Part shown: positions 1-6,884 of the stretch, piece by piece | Layout of the letters: each line of letters starts with the position of its first letter | Position numbering within the stretch: position 1 is the stretch's first letter | Source of the DNA: Planctomycetota bacterium | Lineage (GTDB): Bacteria; Planctomycetota; Planctomycetia; Planctomycetales; Planctomycetaceae | Direction: 5' to 3' | Assembly (NCBI GenBank): GCA_031416875.1 | Contig: JANOUN010001537.1 | Coordinates: forward strand, 1-39,847 | DNA: 39,847 bases | Notes under the pieces: generated by a model | The model's database searches: none | What the model was told of the DNA's origin: nothing | Seen by the model: the letters and a program-made list of their open reading frames with translations, nothing else | Position numbers and translations under genes: made by a program

Positions 1-141
1 CTTTGCGCGGGTAGCATGAGCAGAGCCGTTCGCCGATCGCTTTGTCCCCTAGGAGGTCCACCATCTGGTTAGCCGTAACGCGCACGGCAATCTTGCTTTC
101 CATGAGCTTCACTATCCGCTGGTGATTGAAGTCTTGGCTCA
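1..141. repeat. Terminal redundancy copy 1, identical to 39707..39847; implies a closed or terminally redundant genome of 39,706 unique bp
   Basis: Read directly: ctttgcgcgggtagcatgagc...gattgaagtcttggctca is present at both window ends, 141/141 identical. Confidence 0.95.
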
Positions 142-300
142 CAGCGCACCTCCCACGAACACTGAAACCTTGGCAATCTTTATATCGCTGCGCGCGTGAA
201 TCTGCCCCAGTGCAAACCATGCACGCTTGCGAGCCGATGCGACACATGATGCTTGGATGGTGCCGCTGAGTCCGTGGCAGGTGAATCGGTAAGTGGACAT
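139..300 (-). CDS. Hypothetical 53-aa protein (MSTYRFTCHGLSG...), first gene downstream of the leftward promoter/operator copy at 351..369
   Basis: Internal ATG at 298-300 of the 139..459 ORF, AAGG about 7 nt upstream. The longer N-terminal extension would run through the conserved 19-bp motif. In the circular genome it sits 26 nt upstream of the 39818 gene. Confidence 0.45.
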   Translation of the reverse strand: MSTYRFTCHGLSGTIQASCVASARKRAWFALGQIHARSDIKIAKVSVFVGGAL

Positions 301-350
301 TGTTTGCCTTGCTCGGACTTGGTCCGTTTGGGTTACGAGCAGGATGATAT

Positions 351-369
351 GAGTATGCACAAGATGCAT
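351..369 (-). promoter_or_regulatory. 19-bp motif GAGTATGCACAAGATGCAT (copy 1 of 2), candidate leftward promoter/operator containing the inverted repeat TATGCA-N5-TGCATA
   Basis: Exact 19-bp match to 39541..39559. Both copies lie just upstream of minus-strand gene starts. On the minus strand it reads ATGCATCTTGTGCATACTC, with a TGn-ATACTC extended -10-like element. Confidence 0.4.
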
Positions 370-503
370 AATACTATCTGGCAGCCTTGTACAGCAATTT
401 GTCTCATGACGTGAGATAGCGAGAGGATGCGTTAGGGAATATCGATAACTGAATGTCAAGCGGTAAACTGATAATGCCTATACAAGCAAGGACCGGCAGT
501 AAC

Positions 504-518
504 TGACAGGAATTGTCA
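504..518. promoter_or_regulatory. Palindrome TGACAGGAATTGTCA (TGACA-N5-TGTCA family, variant copy)
   Basis: Same half-sites and spacing as the copies at 4947, 7317 and 10663; located in the ORF-free region. Confidence 0.35.
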
Positions 519-802
519 CCGGATGGCTGTTTGATTGAATGAACCACGCTATTGAGAATGACTCGCAAGAGGCACGCGGGTCCGGTATAGTGGAAACACG
601 TGCGGCATACCGGATGCATTGAGCGGAGAATGGTCCCGGCCCTTACACGGCGATTGAGGACGCGGGAGACATTGAGCGGTTCAGTGGGTGACGGGTCGGC
701 ATGAGACTGCCGGGCGCGTAGCGATGCTGTCCTACTAGGAGCGATGGGACATGGGGAGAAACATTGGCGCATGGAGAGACGCGGGTGGTTGTGGGAAGTT
801 GT

Positions 803-886
803 TCCGCCCCCACTCTAGCCTTCTACATCTCTTCTCTTCATCCTCTCAATCTCCTCCTCTCTCCGCCAATCTCCGTCCGTCACGCC
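803..886 (+). repeat. Polypyrimidine (C/T-rich) tract in the noncoding region upstream of the packaging genes
   Basis: ttccgcccccactctagccttctacatctcttctcttcatcctctcaatctcctcctctctccgccaatctccgtccgtcacgcc has very few purines on the + strand. Confidence 0.6.
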
Positions 887-1000
887 GTGGGGTGCGGTGA
901 TGAGTAGCACGGTGATTAGCGTACGTTGAGCTATGGCGCAGCCGTGGCGATTCATCAATTAGGGTAGGGGTAGAGCACCAAAAATAACTCATAAAGATAG

Positions 1001-1066
1001 CATCCTCCTCCCCCAAATTTTTCCCCCTAAACTCACAGCCCCTAATTTTTTTCTCCCCTCAAATTG
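1001..1066 (+). repeat. Four C-tracts separated by A/T-rich spacers (CCCCCAAATTTTT CCCCCTAAACTCACAG CCCCTAATTTTTTTCT CCCCTCAAATT); candidate packaging/terminus or origin-like element
   Basis: C-tracts start at 1010, 1023, 1039 and 1055 (spacing 13, 16, 16 nt); almost no G on the + strand. Confidence 0.45.
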
Positions 1067-1341
1067 GCGTTTGCAGCTCAGGAGTGGCCGAAATGAGGAG
1101 GAAATTCCAGGATACTGGAATAATGTCTTGTATCGTGGAATTTGGATTACTAGGTTGCGCGTGCCAGTTGCGAATGAATTGCAACAAGGAATAGCGGGGT
1201 ATTTTGGGGAGGAAGGCAGTCGTTTGGTAGTAGTAAGAGAATCAATGATCTCACGTCCAACAGCGACTTGTCAGACGACTTTGTCTTCGTACGGGTTGGC
1301 TAGGCGATTACAACCACTAACCACCTGAACCCTGCGGTTGA

Positions 1342-1370
1342 TTGACATAGGCTGGTGTTGTGAGTAGGAA
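1342..1370 (+). promoter_or_regulatory. Candidate sigma70-type promoter for the + strand packaging/virion block
   Basis: TTGACA (1342-1347), 17-nt spacer, TAGGAA (1365-1370), about 20 nt upstream of the first + strand gene (1392). The -10 is weak. Confidence 0.3.
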
Positions 1371-1391
1371 TGGGTTAAGGAGCTATTCAAC

Positions 1392-1601
1392 ATGGAGACT
1401 TTAGAGCTGAATGATGAGAAGAACGCCGTTGAGGTGCTGAAGGCTATCCAGGCCTGTATTCGCGTTGGTATTGAGGTGAAGCTGGCTATTGATGGCAAGC
1501 TGATGGCACGTGTGGTTGCTGGTGCTGAGGCCCCTGCGGCTATGGTTGCTGAAGAGCCTGCGGTGGCCGTTGAGGCTCCTGTGAAGACCAAGGCGAAGTA
1601 A
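1392..1601 (+). CDS. Hypothetical 69-aa protein with an Ala/Glu/Val-rich C-terminus
   Basis: AAGGAG 7 nt upstream of the ATG; first ORF of the + strand block. Confidence 0.55.
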   Translation: METLELNDEKNAVEVLKAIQACIRVGIEVKLAIDGKLMARVVAGAEAPAAMVAEEPAVAVEAPVKTKAK

Positions 1602-1606
1602 GCCCC

Positions 1607-2032
1607 GTGGCTAAGCTTACTGTTGATCTTGACAAGGCCGTGGGCGATGGCTTCCAGGCTGCCATCGCTTCACGGCACCGTGCTTCGTTGAAGACTTCTG
1701 AGGCGCTGCGCAAGGTAGTGCTGATCACCACCAAGGCTGACACGCAGACTGAGCTGGATGACTTCCCTAAGGGGCAGATCGACCCTCAGATGCAGCTTCT
1801 GCTGATTGCTCGTGATGAGTTCCAGAACGCGGAAGATCCGACAACGAAGCTTGGTTTCTACAAGAGCATGCGCGAAGTTTACCTATCGATGGACAAGCGG
1901 ATCATGGATACCATGCAAATGGTCATGACTGAGCGCCATCACAACGACAAGCTGGAAATACTGGCCAAGGCTGCCAATGCCAGCGAACCGACACAGGCTG
2001 AGGTCGATGCGGCCATTGCAGCTGAGGAATAA
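1607..2032 (+). CDS. Hypothetical 141-aa protein; possible small terminase subunit, by position only
   Basis: GTG start; its stop overlaps the terL ATG (TAATG); immediately upstream of terL. No DNA-binding motif recognised. Confidence 0.4.
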   Translation: MAKLTVDLDKAVGDGFQAAIASRHRASLKTSEALRKVVLITTKADTQTELDDFPKGQIDPQMQLLLIARDEFQNAEDPTTKLGFYKSMREVYLSMDKRIMDTMQMVMTERHHNDKLEILAKAANASEPTQAEVDAAIAAEE

Positions 2033-4935
2033 TGGCGATCAGGCTTACCAAGGCAGCAGCGCGTAAGATCAAGGCGAAGTGGGACGCAGAAGATCCGTTG
2101 CTGCATTACGTTCCAGCAACGACGTTAGCGCGCGCGGGTGAGTCGAAATCGCGGTATATATGCATTCACGCGCCGAACCAATGTCTCGGTGGAAATACAG
2201 AGATTTACGACCCCGTTGCTAAGATCGCGCGCAAGGTATCGGAAATTGACTCGACGTTTCACGTCTATGCATGGGATGAGTACGGCGGCCAAATGGTCGT
2301 CGCTCAGGCATTGACCCCTGAGCGACTTGAGACGGATGAAATTTACGTTGTCACGCTGTCGGATGGGCGTCGTTTTGAGTCTTCGCTAGGTCACCGTCTG
2401 CTTTGCGCTGACGGCAGATGGCGTACGCTTTCAGCAATCCCGCTTGGATGCGAACTTTACCGTCCTCCGTCCACTTTGGGCAACGGCCAGTCAATTCATG
2501 TCGCAGATGGTCTGCGTTCGATGAATACAGACCAAGATTCTCAATCCGATTATCGTCATTCACGCCGTTTATGTGATGAACAACTTCAGTCGGCAGAAGG
2601 TATCGGCCAAGAAGTTTCTCCATCACCAGGCGATGCTCCGCTACGTAGCATGGACTTTGACCAGAAAGCTTTCGGGCATACGGATGACCAGGGGTATAAA
2701 GAAGCACATACCCATCCTTTTCCACGGTCCGCCCCCCCTTCCAGTTGGGGTGACCAGGGCCAGAGCGAGGCCCTGACTTCATTGTCTGAATCCCATTGCG
2801 TCGGCACGCAAGGGCCACAGCCGCAACCCCAACACAAAAGTGATCGGCAACAATTCGCTGTTGCAGCTTCTGAACCTCAATCATTTCGCGAATTTGCTGT
2901 ATCTCTTCAGCAGATGGCTGGAATGGAACGCGTCTCTCTCTCATGCGGCCTCCGTGTGGTTAGTTGTGTGTTCGTCCGCAATGATCATAAGTATGACTTC
3001 GAGGTACCAAACTACAGCAACTACCTAGTTGGTGGGTGTGTCACACACAACTGCGGTAAAACTGCTTGGATGCAGTACATCGTAGCATCGGCATTACGCA
3101 ACCGCAACACAAATTGGGTAAACGCTCGTCCGATAAGAGTTCTTCTCGTAATTCCGACACGCGCACAAGCCGCTGACGTGTGGGGCAATCGCATGCTCAA
3201 GGCCTCCGGATTGTTCGGCGCGATGGGCAAGCATCCGTGGATTCCGGCCCGCGAGATCAAGCGGACGTACAACAGCTTTTCGCCAGCAGGCCCATACCCC
3301 GGCAAGATCGTGATGAAGAACGGCAATGAGCTGATCACTATCCTTTCCGGCGTTCCTAACAGCTGGAAGGCGCTGGAAGGCATCACGGTCGACATGGTTA
3401 TCCGTGACGAAGTTGCAGGAACAGAGAATCTTGGCGATGAGCTTCAACCACGCTTACTGGCATCTCGCACACGCGCCTTGGCAGGCATGCAGCCATGGGG
3501 CGGCGTGATGATTTGGGCGGCGACAGAGACGAAATACAACGAAGAGTGGCTCCTGTACAAAGGGCGCGCCCTGGACGGCCAGCCTGACCACGTTTATTTC
3601 AAGCCAGAGCCGGAAGAGGCTGAAGCATACATTTCGATGAAGGCGCGCGAAGAGATGCGCAACTCGATGTCGGAGAAATCGTACAAGATTCGTGGCGCAG
3701 GATCGCTTGACGCAGGCGATTTGGTGCGAATTTTCGTCAAGCAGTGGGACGACAAGCGCCACATGCAGGCGACCGACTACGTGATCAAGGATTCCGACAA
3801 CATCATGATCGGATGGGATCCTGGCACGCATCACCCTACCGGCATTGTCATCGCAGCGATTAGCAAAGACGCCGCGTGTCAGATCAAAGTCGTGAAATGC
3901 TTCCGTCACACGAACGAAAGCATCGAATTTGACGCTGAGCGCATCCATTCGTTCCTGCTTGGGCGGAAGATCGCCGGTTTCGTCTACGATTGGGCAGCAA
4001 AAGCCGCTCATAAAGGCCAGCCATCATTGCTTCACCTCATGATTGCGGCGCTGGAAGCAAAAGGTTACGTGCCGCTGGCCGGATATATCCAGGCAGACAA
4101 GCGCGTAGAGCCAGGAATCAACTCATTCCGGCACTATCTTGACCCAAACCCTTTCGATTCGACCGTACAGCCGCTTTTTGTCGTCAATTCAAGCCCGGAA
4201 TCAGGCGGACAGATGCTGCGATCCGAGATTATGGGCTATTGCAAGACGGAGCCGACCGGAACGAGTCCAGGCAAGATCGTGAAAAAGAACGATGACTTGT
4301 GTTTCGTCGCACAAACCATGGTTCGGATGGCTGACTATTCGCAAAAGCCCATCATTGACGTAATCGCAGGCGACATGGTGGCCACTCCAATCGGGCCACG
4401 CAAGGTAATCCGCTCATGGATGAGCAGCGCATCGGCGCATGTGTCCACCTACACGACAATGGCAGGTCGCTCAGTAACATGCACGCCAGGGCACCGCTTT
4501 TGGGTAAATAGCAGCGAATGGCTGCCCATCAGCGGGATTTCACGCCATGACAAACTATCTGCATGGACAGAAGAGGCGGAAACGCTGGAAATTGACCGCA
4601 TCAAGTCGGCCACCCCACAACTGCCAGCGCCAGTTTATGACATCGAGGTGGACGAAGCTAATTGTTTCTACGCTAATGATCTACTGGCGCACAATTGCGA
4701 CCCATCACGTTACCTCATCCGCTCATTCCCAAGCTGGTCATCCGCGTATTCCTGCGGCAGGCCCAAGTTTGAAGTGTTAGTGCCGATGGAAACCGCGCCG
4801 ACGAAGCTTCCTGCGGGCGTCATCACGCAAACCATGGAAGAATATCGCGCCGCGTTATCGAGAAAGCTGGCAAATCGGAATCGTGCCAGCGTGCGCAAAG
4901 AGTTCAGTTACCGTCCGACGTACGCAATTCAGTAA
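2032..4935 (+). CDS. terL: Terminase large subunit precursor (967 aa) containing two inteins; predicted spliced product 545 aa
   Basis: With inteins removed, Walker A reads HAPNQ|CGKT (AxxxxGKT). Walker B is VDMVIRDE. Nuclease motifs are IGWDPG and KKNDDL|CDPSRY. Confidence 0.9.
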   Translation: MAIRLTKAAARKIKAKWDAEDPLLHYVPATTLARAGESKSRYICIHAPNQCLGGNTEIYDPVAKIARKVSEIDSTFHVYAWDEYGGQMVVAQALTPERLETDEIYVVTLSDGRRFESSLGHRLLCADGRWRTLSAIPLGCELYRPPSTLGNGQSIHVADGLRSMNTDQDSQSDYRHSRRLCDEQLQSAEGIGQEVSPSPGDAPLRSMDFDQKAFGHTDDQGYKEAHTHPFPRSAPPSSWGDQGQSEALTSLSESHCVGTQGPQPQPQHKSDRQQFAVAASEPQSFREFAVSLQQMAGMERVSLSCGLRVVSCVFVRNDHKYDFEVPNYSNYLVGGCVTHNCGKTAWMQYIVASALRNRNTNWVNARPIRVLLVIPTRAQAADVWGNRMLKASGLFGAMGKHPWIPAREIKRTYNSFSPAGPYPGKIVMKNGNELITILSGVPNSWKALEGITVDMVIRDEVAGTENLGDELQPRLLASRTRALAGMQPWGGVMIWAATETKYNEEWLLYKGRALDGQPDHVYFKPEPEEAEAYISMKAREEMRNSMSEKSYKIRGAGSLDAGDLVRIFVKQWDDKRHMQATDYVIKDSDNIMIGWDPGTHHPTGIVIAAISKDAACQIKVVKCFRHTNESIEFDAERIHSFLLGRKIAGFVYDWAAKAAHKGQPSLLHLMIAALEAKGYVPLAGYIQADKRVEPGINSFRHYLDPNPFDSTVQPLFVVNSSPESGGQMLRSEIMGYCKTEPTGTSPGKIVKKNDDLCFVAQTMVRMADYSQKPIIDVIAGDMVATPIGPRKVIRSWMSSASAHVSTYTTMAGRSVTCTPGHRFWVNSSEWLPISGISRHDKLSAWTEEAETLEIDRIKSATPQLPAPVYDIEVDEANCFYANDLLAHNCDPSRYLIRSFPSWSSAYSCGRPKFEVLVPMETAPTKLPAGVITQTMEEYRAALSRKLANRNRASVRKEFSYRPTYAIQ
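2182..3051 (+). mobile_element. Intein 1 (290 aa) inserted in the terL Walker A loop; no sense-strand endonuclease motif
   Basis: Starts CLGGNTEIYDP (block A); block B SLGH. Ends KYDFEVPNYSNYLVGGCVTHN, followed by the +1 Cys of CGKT. The central ~150 aa is low complexity. Confidence 0.85.
2351..2944 (-). CDS. HNH homing endonuclease (197 aa) encoded antisense, entirely inside intein 1
   Basis: Core YVAEHRLVMEKLLGRYLLPTEVVHHINGVNDDNRIENLGLYSSNADH (HNH_3-like, as in phage homing endonucleases). N-terminal HTH-like segment. GGAGG 4 nt upstream of the ATG at 2944. Confidence 0.75.
   Translation of the reverse strand: MRERRVPFQPSAEEIQQIREMIEVQKLQQRIVADHFCVGVAAVALACRRNGIQTMKSGPRSGPGHPNWKGGRTVEKDGYVLLYTPGHPYARKLSGQSPCYVAEHRLVMEKLLGRYLLPTEVVHHINGVNDDNRIENLGLYSSNADHLRHELTGRCPKWTEDGKVRIQAGLLKAYAICRQRKADGDLAKTQNDAHPTA
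4300..4695 (+). mobile_element. Intein 2 (132-aa mini-intein) inserted in the terL nuclease-domain motif
   Basis: Starts CFVAQTMV; block B TPGH. Ends VYDIEVDEANCFYANDLLAHN followed by +1 Cys. Flanking exteins join to KKNDDLCDPSRY. Confidence 0.9.
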
Positions 4936-4946
4936 TTATCGCTTGC

Positions 4947-4961
4947 TGACAAAAATTGTCA
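4947..4961. promoter_or_regulatory. Palindrome TGACAAAAATTGTCA (extended form GCTGACAAAAATTGTCAGC 4945..4963), 15 nt upstream of ATG 4977
   Basis: One of four copies of TGACA-N5-TGTCA; all are intergenic. Confidence 0.5.
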
Positions 4962-4976
4962 GCCCACACTCTTGCC

Positions 4977-6002
4977 ATGGACCTGATCCTTCGCCCTGGC
5001 TTGAGTTCGGTTGCAGCCATCGGCGCGGCACCTAATGCCAATGGCGCGTCCGTAGCGGGCACGGTCCTGACGCTACAGCCCGCAAGCGCATCGTTCGGCG
5101 GATTGATTACCGCTTCCGCTCAAACGATTGCGGGCGCGAAGACGTTTACTGGCATTCAGCTAATTACCAACGCCACCGCCAGTACCACCACCACCGACGG
5201 CGCGCTGGTAGTGACGGGGGGCGTGGGCGTTGGGGGAAGGCTGAATGTGGGGGGCGAAATAAGGGGCAATACGCTCTATTCAACAGACAGTTCAACCTCG
5301 CAATTCCGCCTGATCCCTGGCGGCTCAATCGGCGTGATGGATGTCCGCAACAACGCAAACAGCGCATATTTGCCGTTATATATTCGCGGGCTTTCGGTAA
5401 ACTTCGACCAAGGCGCTGTGTCGATGACCGACTCCACCGCCAGCACCAGCACCACCACCGGCGCGCTGGTCGTTACTGGTGGCGTGGGCGTTGGGGGAAA
5501 ATTGAATGTGGGGGGCGTCTCTATCTTTAATGGCGCAACGTTCCCCGTGATTCTTAATGGAGCGGCGGCGACTGCCCGCGCGTTACGATATACCACGTCC
5601 GGGACTGTCCGATGGGACTTCGCTGCCACAGCAGACGCAGAATCCGGCTCAAATGCGGGGTCAAGTTTTGCTATTTCTGCCTACGCGGACGGGGGGGCAT
5701 ATATCGATGACCCTTTATTTATTACCCGTGCCGCTGGTGGCGCTGTAATGATTGGCCGATCCACCGCCAGCACCAGCACCACCACCGGCGCGCTGGTCGT
5801 AACGGGCGGCATTGGTTGCGGCGGTCGCGTAACAGTCGACGGCGCATCAACCAAAACGCTGAAATACGTCAACGGCGTGGCAAACGCAGCGGTTGCCGTC
5901 CTATTCGGCGCTATCGGCCCCACCGGCTCGACGGCAGGCAACGCACAGGGCTGGATTCGCATTGATGTCGCAGGCACTGACCGCTACATCCCTTATTGGT
6001 AA
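4977..6002 (+). CDS. Fibre-like structural protein with three internal repeats (TSTTTGALVVTGGVGVGGxLNVGG); candidate tail fibre/receptor-binding protein
   Basis: Three ~25-aa Gly/Thr-rich repeats about 109 aa apart. The ORF opens at TTG 4956, but that codon lies inside the palindrome, so ATG 4977 is preferred. No clear SD. Confidence 0.55.
   Translation: MDLILRPGLSSVAAIGAAPNANGASVAGTVLTLQPASASFGGLITASAQTIAGAKTFTGIQLITNATASTTTTDGALVVTGGVGVGGRLNVGGEIRGNTLYSTDSSTSQFRLIPGGSIGVMDVRNNANSAYLPLYIRGLSVNFDQGAVSMTDSTASTSTTTGALVVTGGVGVGGKLNVGGVSIFNGATFPVILNGAAATARALRYTTSGTVRWDFAATADAESGSNAGSSFAISAYADGGAYIDDPLFITRAAGGAVMIGRSTASTSTTTGALVVTGGIGCGGRVTVDGASTKTLKYVNGVANAAVAVLFGAIGPTGSTAGNAQGWIRIDVAGTDRYIPYW
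5433..5473 (+). repeat. 41-bp perfect direct repeat, copy 1 (inside the fibre-like gene)
   Basis: tccaccgccagcaccagcaccaccaccggcgcgctggtcgt is identical at 5760..5800. Confidence 0.9.
5760..5800 (+). repeat. 41-bp perfect direct repeat, copy 2
   Basis: Identical to 5433..5473, offset 327 bp (in frame, 109 codons). Confidence 0.9.
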
Positions 6003-6005
6003 CCC

Positions 6006-6344
6006 ATGTCAAAAACCTTCCCAAAAATCCCAATCACCAGAATCGAGCGCACTTTCCGTGTCGAGCGCGAAATGCCACGCGAGGGTCATTACTCGCTGCG
6101 CATTCACCGTGAAATCGTCAACACGATGGAAGACGGTTGGGTAATCAGCGTCAATCAGAAAACGGACGCCTACAATGAGCCAGTGGCCGAATTGGCCAAG
6201 CGTCCAGCGTTGAAGAAATATCTTTCAGCGTGCAACAAGGCTGAATCAATCCAAGACCTTATCATTGCAGAAGCCGCGCTCTACGACGATTTAGTCGCAG
6301 AAGTAGACGCCGAATCCATCGCAAAAGTCATCAACAACATTTAG
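6006..6344 (+). CDS. Hypothetical 112-aa protein
   Basis: ORF packed 3 nt after the preceding stop; no motif recognised. Confidence 0.55.
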   Translation: MSKTFPKIPITRIERTFRVEREMPREGHYSLRIHREIVNTMEDGWVISVNQKTDAYNEPVAELAKRPALKKYLSACNKAESIQDLIIAEAALYDDLVAEVDAESIAKVINNI

Positions 6345-6351
6345 GATTATC

Positions 6352-6543
6352 ATGGATTTATCAGACAAAATCATTCAGAACCTTGTCGCCTTGTCCGGCG
6401 CGTGCTTGCGTAACGAAAAGGTTACCGTTGAGCCTGCTGCGATGGCCGAGCTATGGACCGACGTGGCAGCGGCCCAAGCGTTTCTGAAGCGTCCGAAAGA
6501 TGCGCCAGGATCCGTTGAAGCAGCAATGATGAAGGACGCCTAA
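6352..6543 (+). CDS. Hypothetical 63-aa protein
   Basis: AGGAT upstream of the ATG; stop overlaps the next ATG (TAATG). Confidence 0.5.
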   Translation: MDLSDKIIQNLVALSGACLRNEKVTVEPAAMAELWTDVAAAQAFLKRPKDAPGSVEAAMMKDA

Positions 6544-6884
6544 TGGAATCCGTGCCCCTTGCCCTTGCTGCTTCAGTCGGCAGCGTTCTCGTCGCTGCGA
6601 TTCTTGCGCTGTGGAAATACGTGATGATTGGCAACAAGAAGTGCGAAGAACGCAACGAGCGCTTAGAGATGCAGGTTAACCACATCAACGAATTGCTCTA
6701 CAAGCGAGCGGAAGATCGCGAGAAGCTAGCGTGGTGCCAAGCCGCCGAAATGGCAACGGCACTGAATAGCGTTAGCGAAGTAACCGCCCGTGCCCTTCGC
6801 GTCCTTCGCCGCTACGATCCAAGCGACAGCACACCGGTGCCAAACTCGAACGACGACACCGCTTTGATTACGCGCCACAAATGA
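6543..6884 (+). CDS. Membrane-anchored coiled-coil protein (N-terminal TM helix), i-spanin-like architecture
   Basis: MESVPLALAASVGSVLVAAILALW hydrophobic N-terminus, then a charged helical region (ERNERLEMQVNHINELLYKRAEDREK). ATGA overlap with the next gene. Confidence 0.5.
   Translation: MESVPLALAASVGSVLVAAILALWKYVMIGNKKCEERNERLEMQVNHINELLYKRAEDREKLAWCQAAEMATALNSVSEVTARALRVLRRYDPSDSTPVPNSNDDTALITRHK

Noticed and set aside
404-772. 122-aa minus-strand ORF in the left noncoding region
   Set aside because: Composition is not protein-like (Arg/Ser/Pro/Cys-rich) and there is no SD. It also runs through the palindrome and the repeat elements.
1071-1328. 85-aa + strand ORF in the left noncoding region
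   Set aside because: It would need a TTG start without an SD, has no coupling to neighbours, and has odd composition. It is left as noncoding, although a small gene cannot be excluded.
3021-4011. Antisense ORFs inside terL (3021..3395, 3094..3447, 3454..4011)
   Set aside because: No SD sequences and no motifs, with Arg/Cys/His-rich composition typical of antisense frames of GC-rich genes. This contrasts with the antisense HNH ORF, which has GGAGG and a clear catalytic motif.
5160-5830. Diversity-generating retroelement (template/variable repeat) in the fibre-like gene
   Set aside because: There is no reverse transcriptase anywhere in the genome. The differences between repeats are not restricted to adenine positions, and the repeats are in-frame structural modules.
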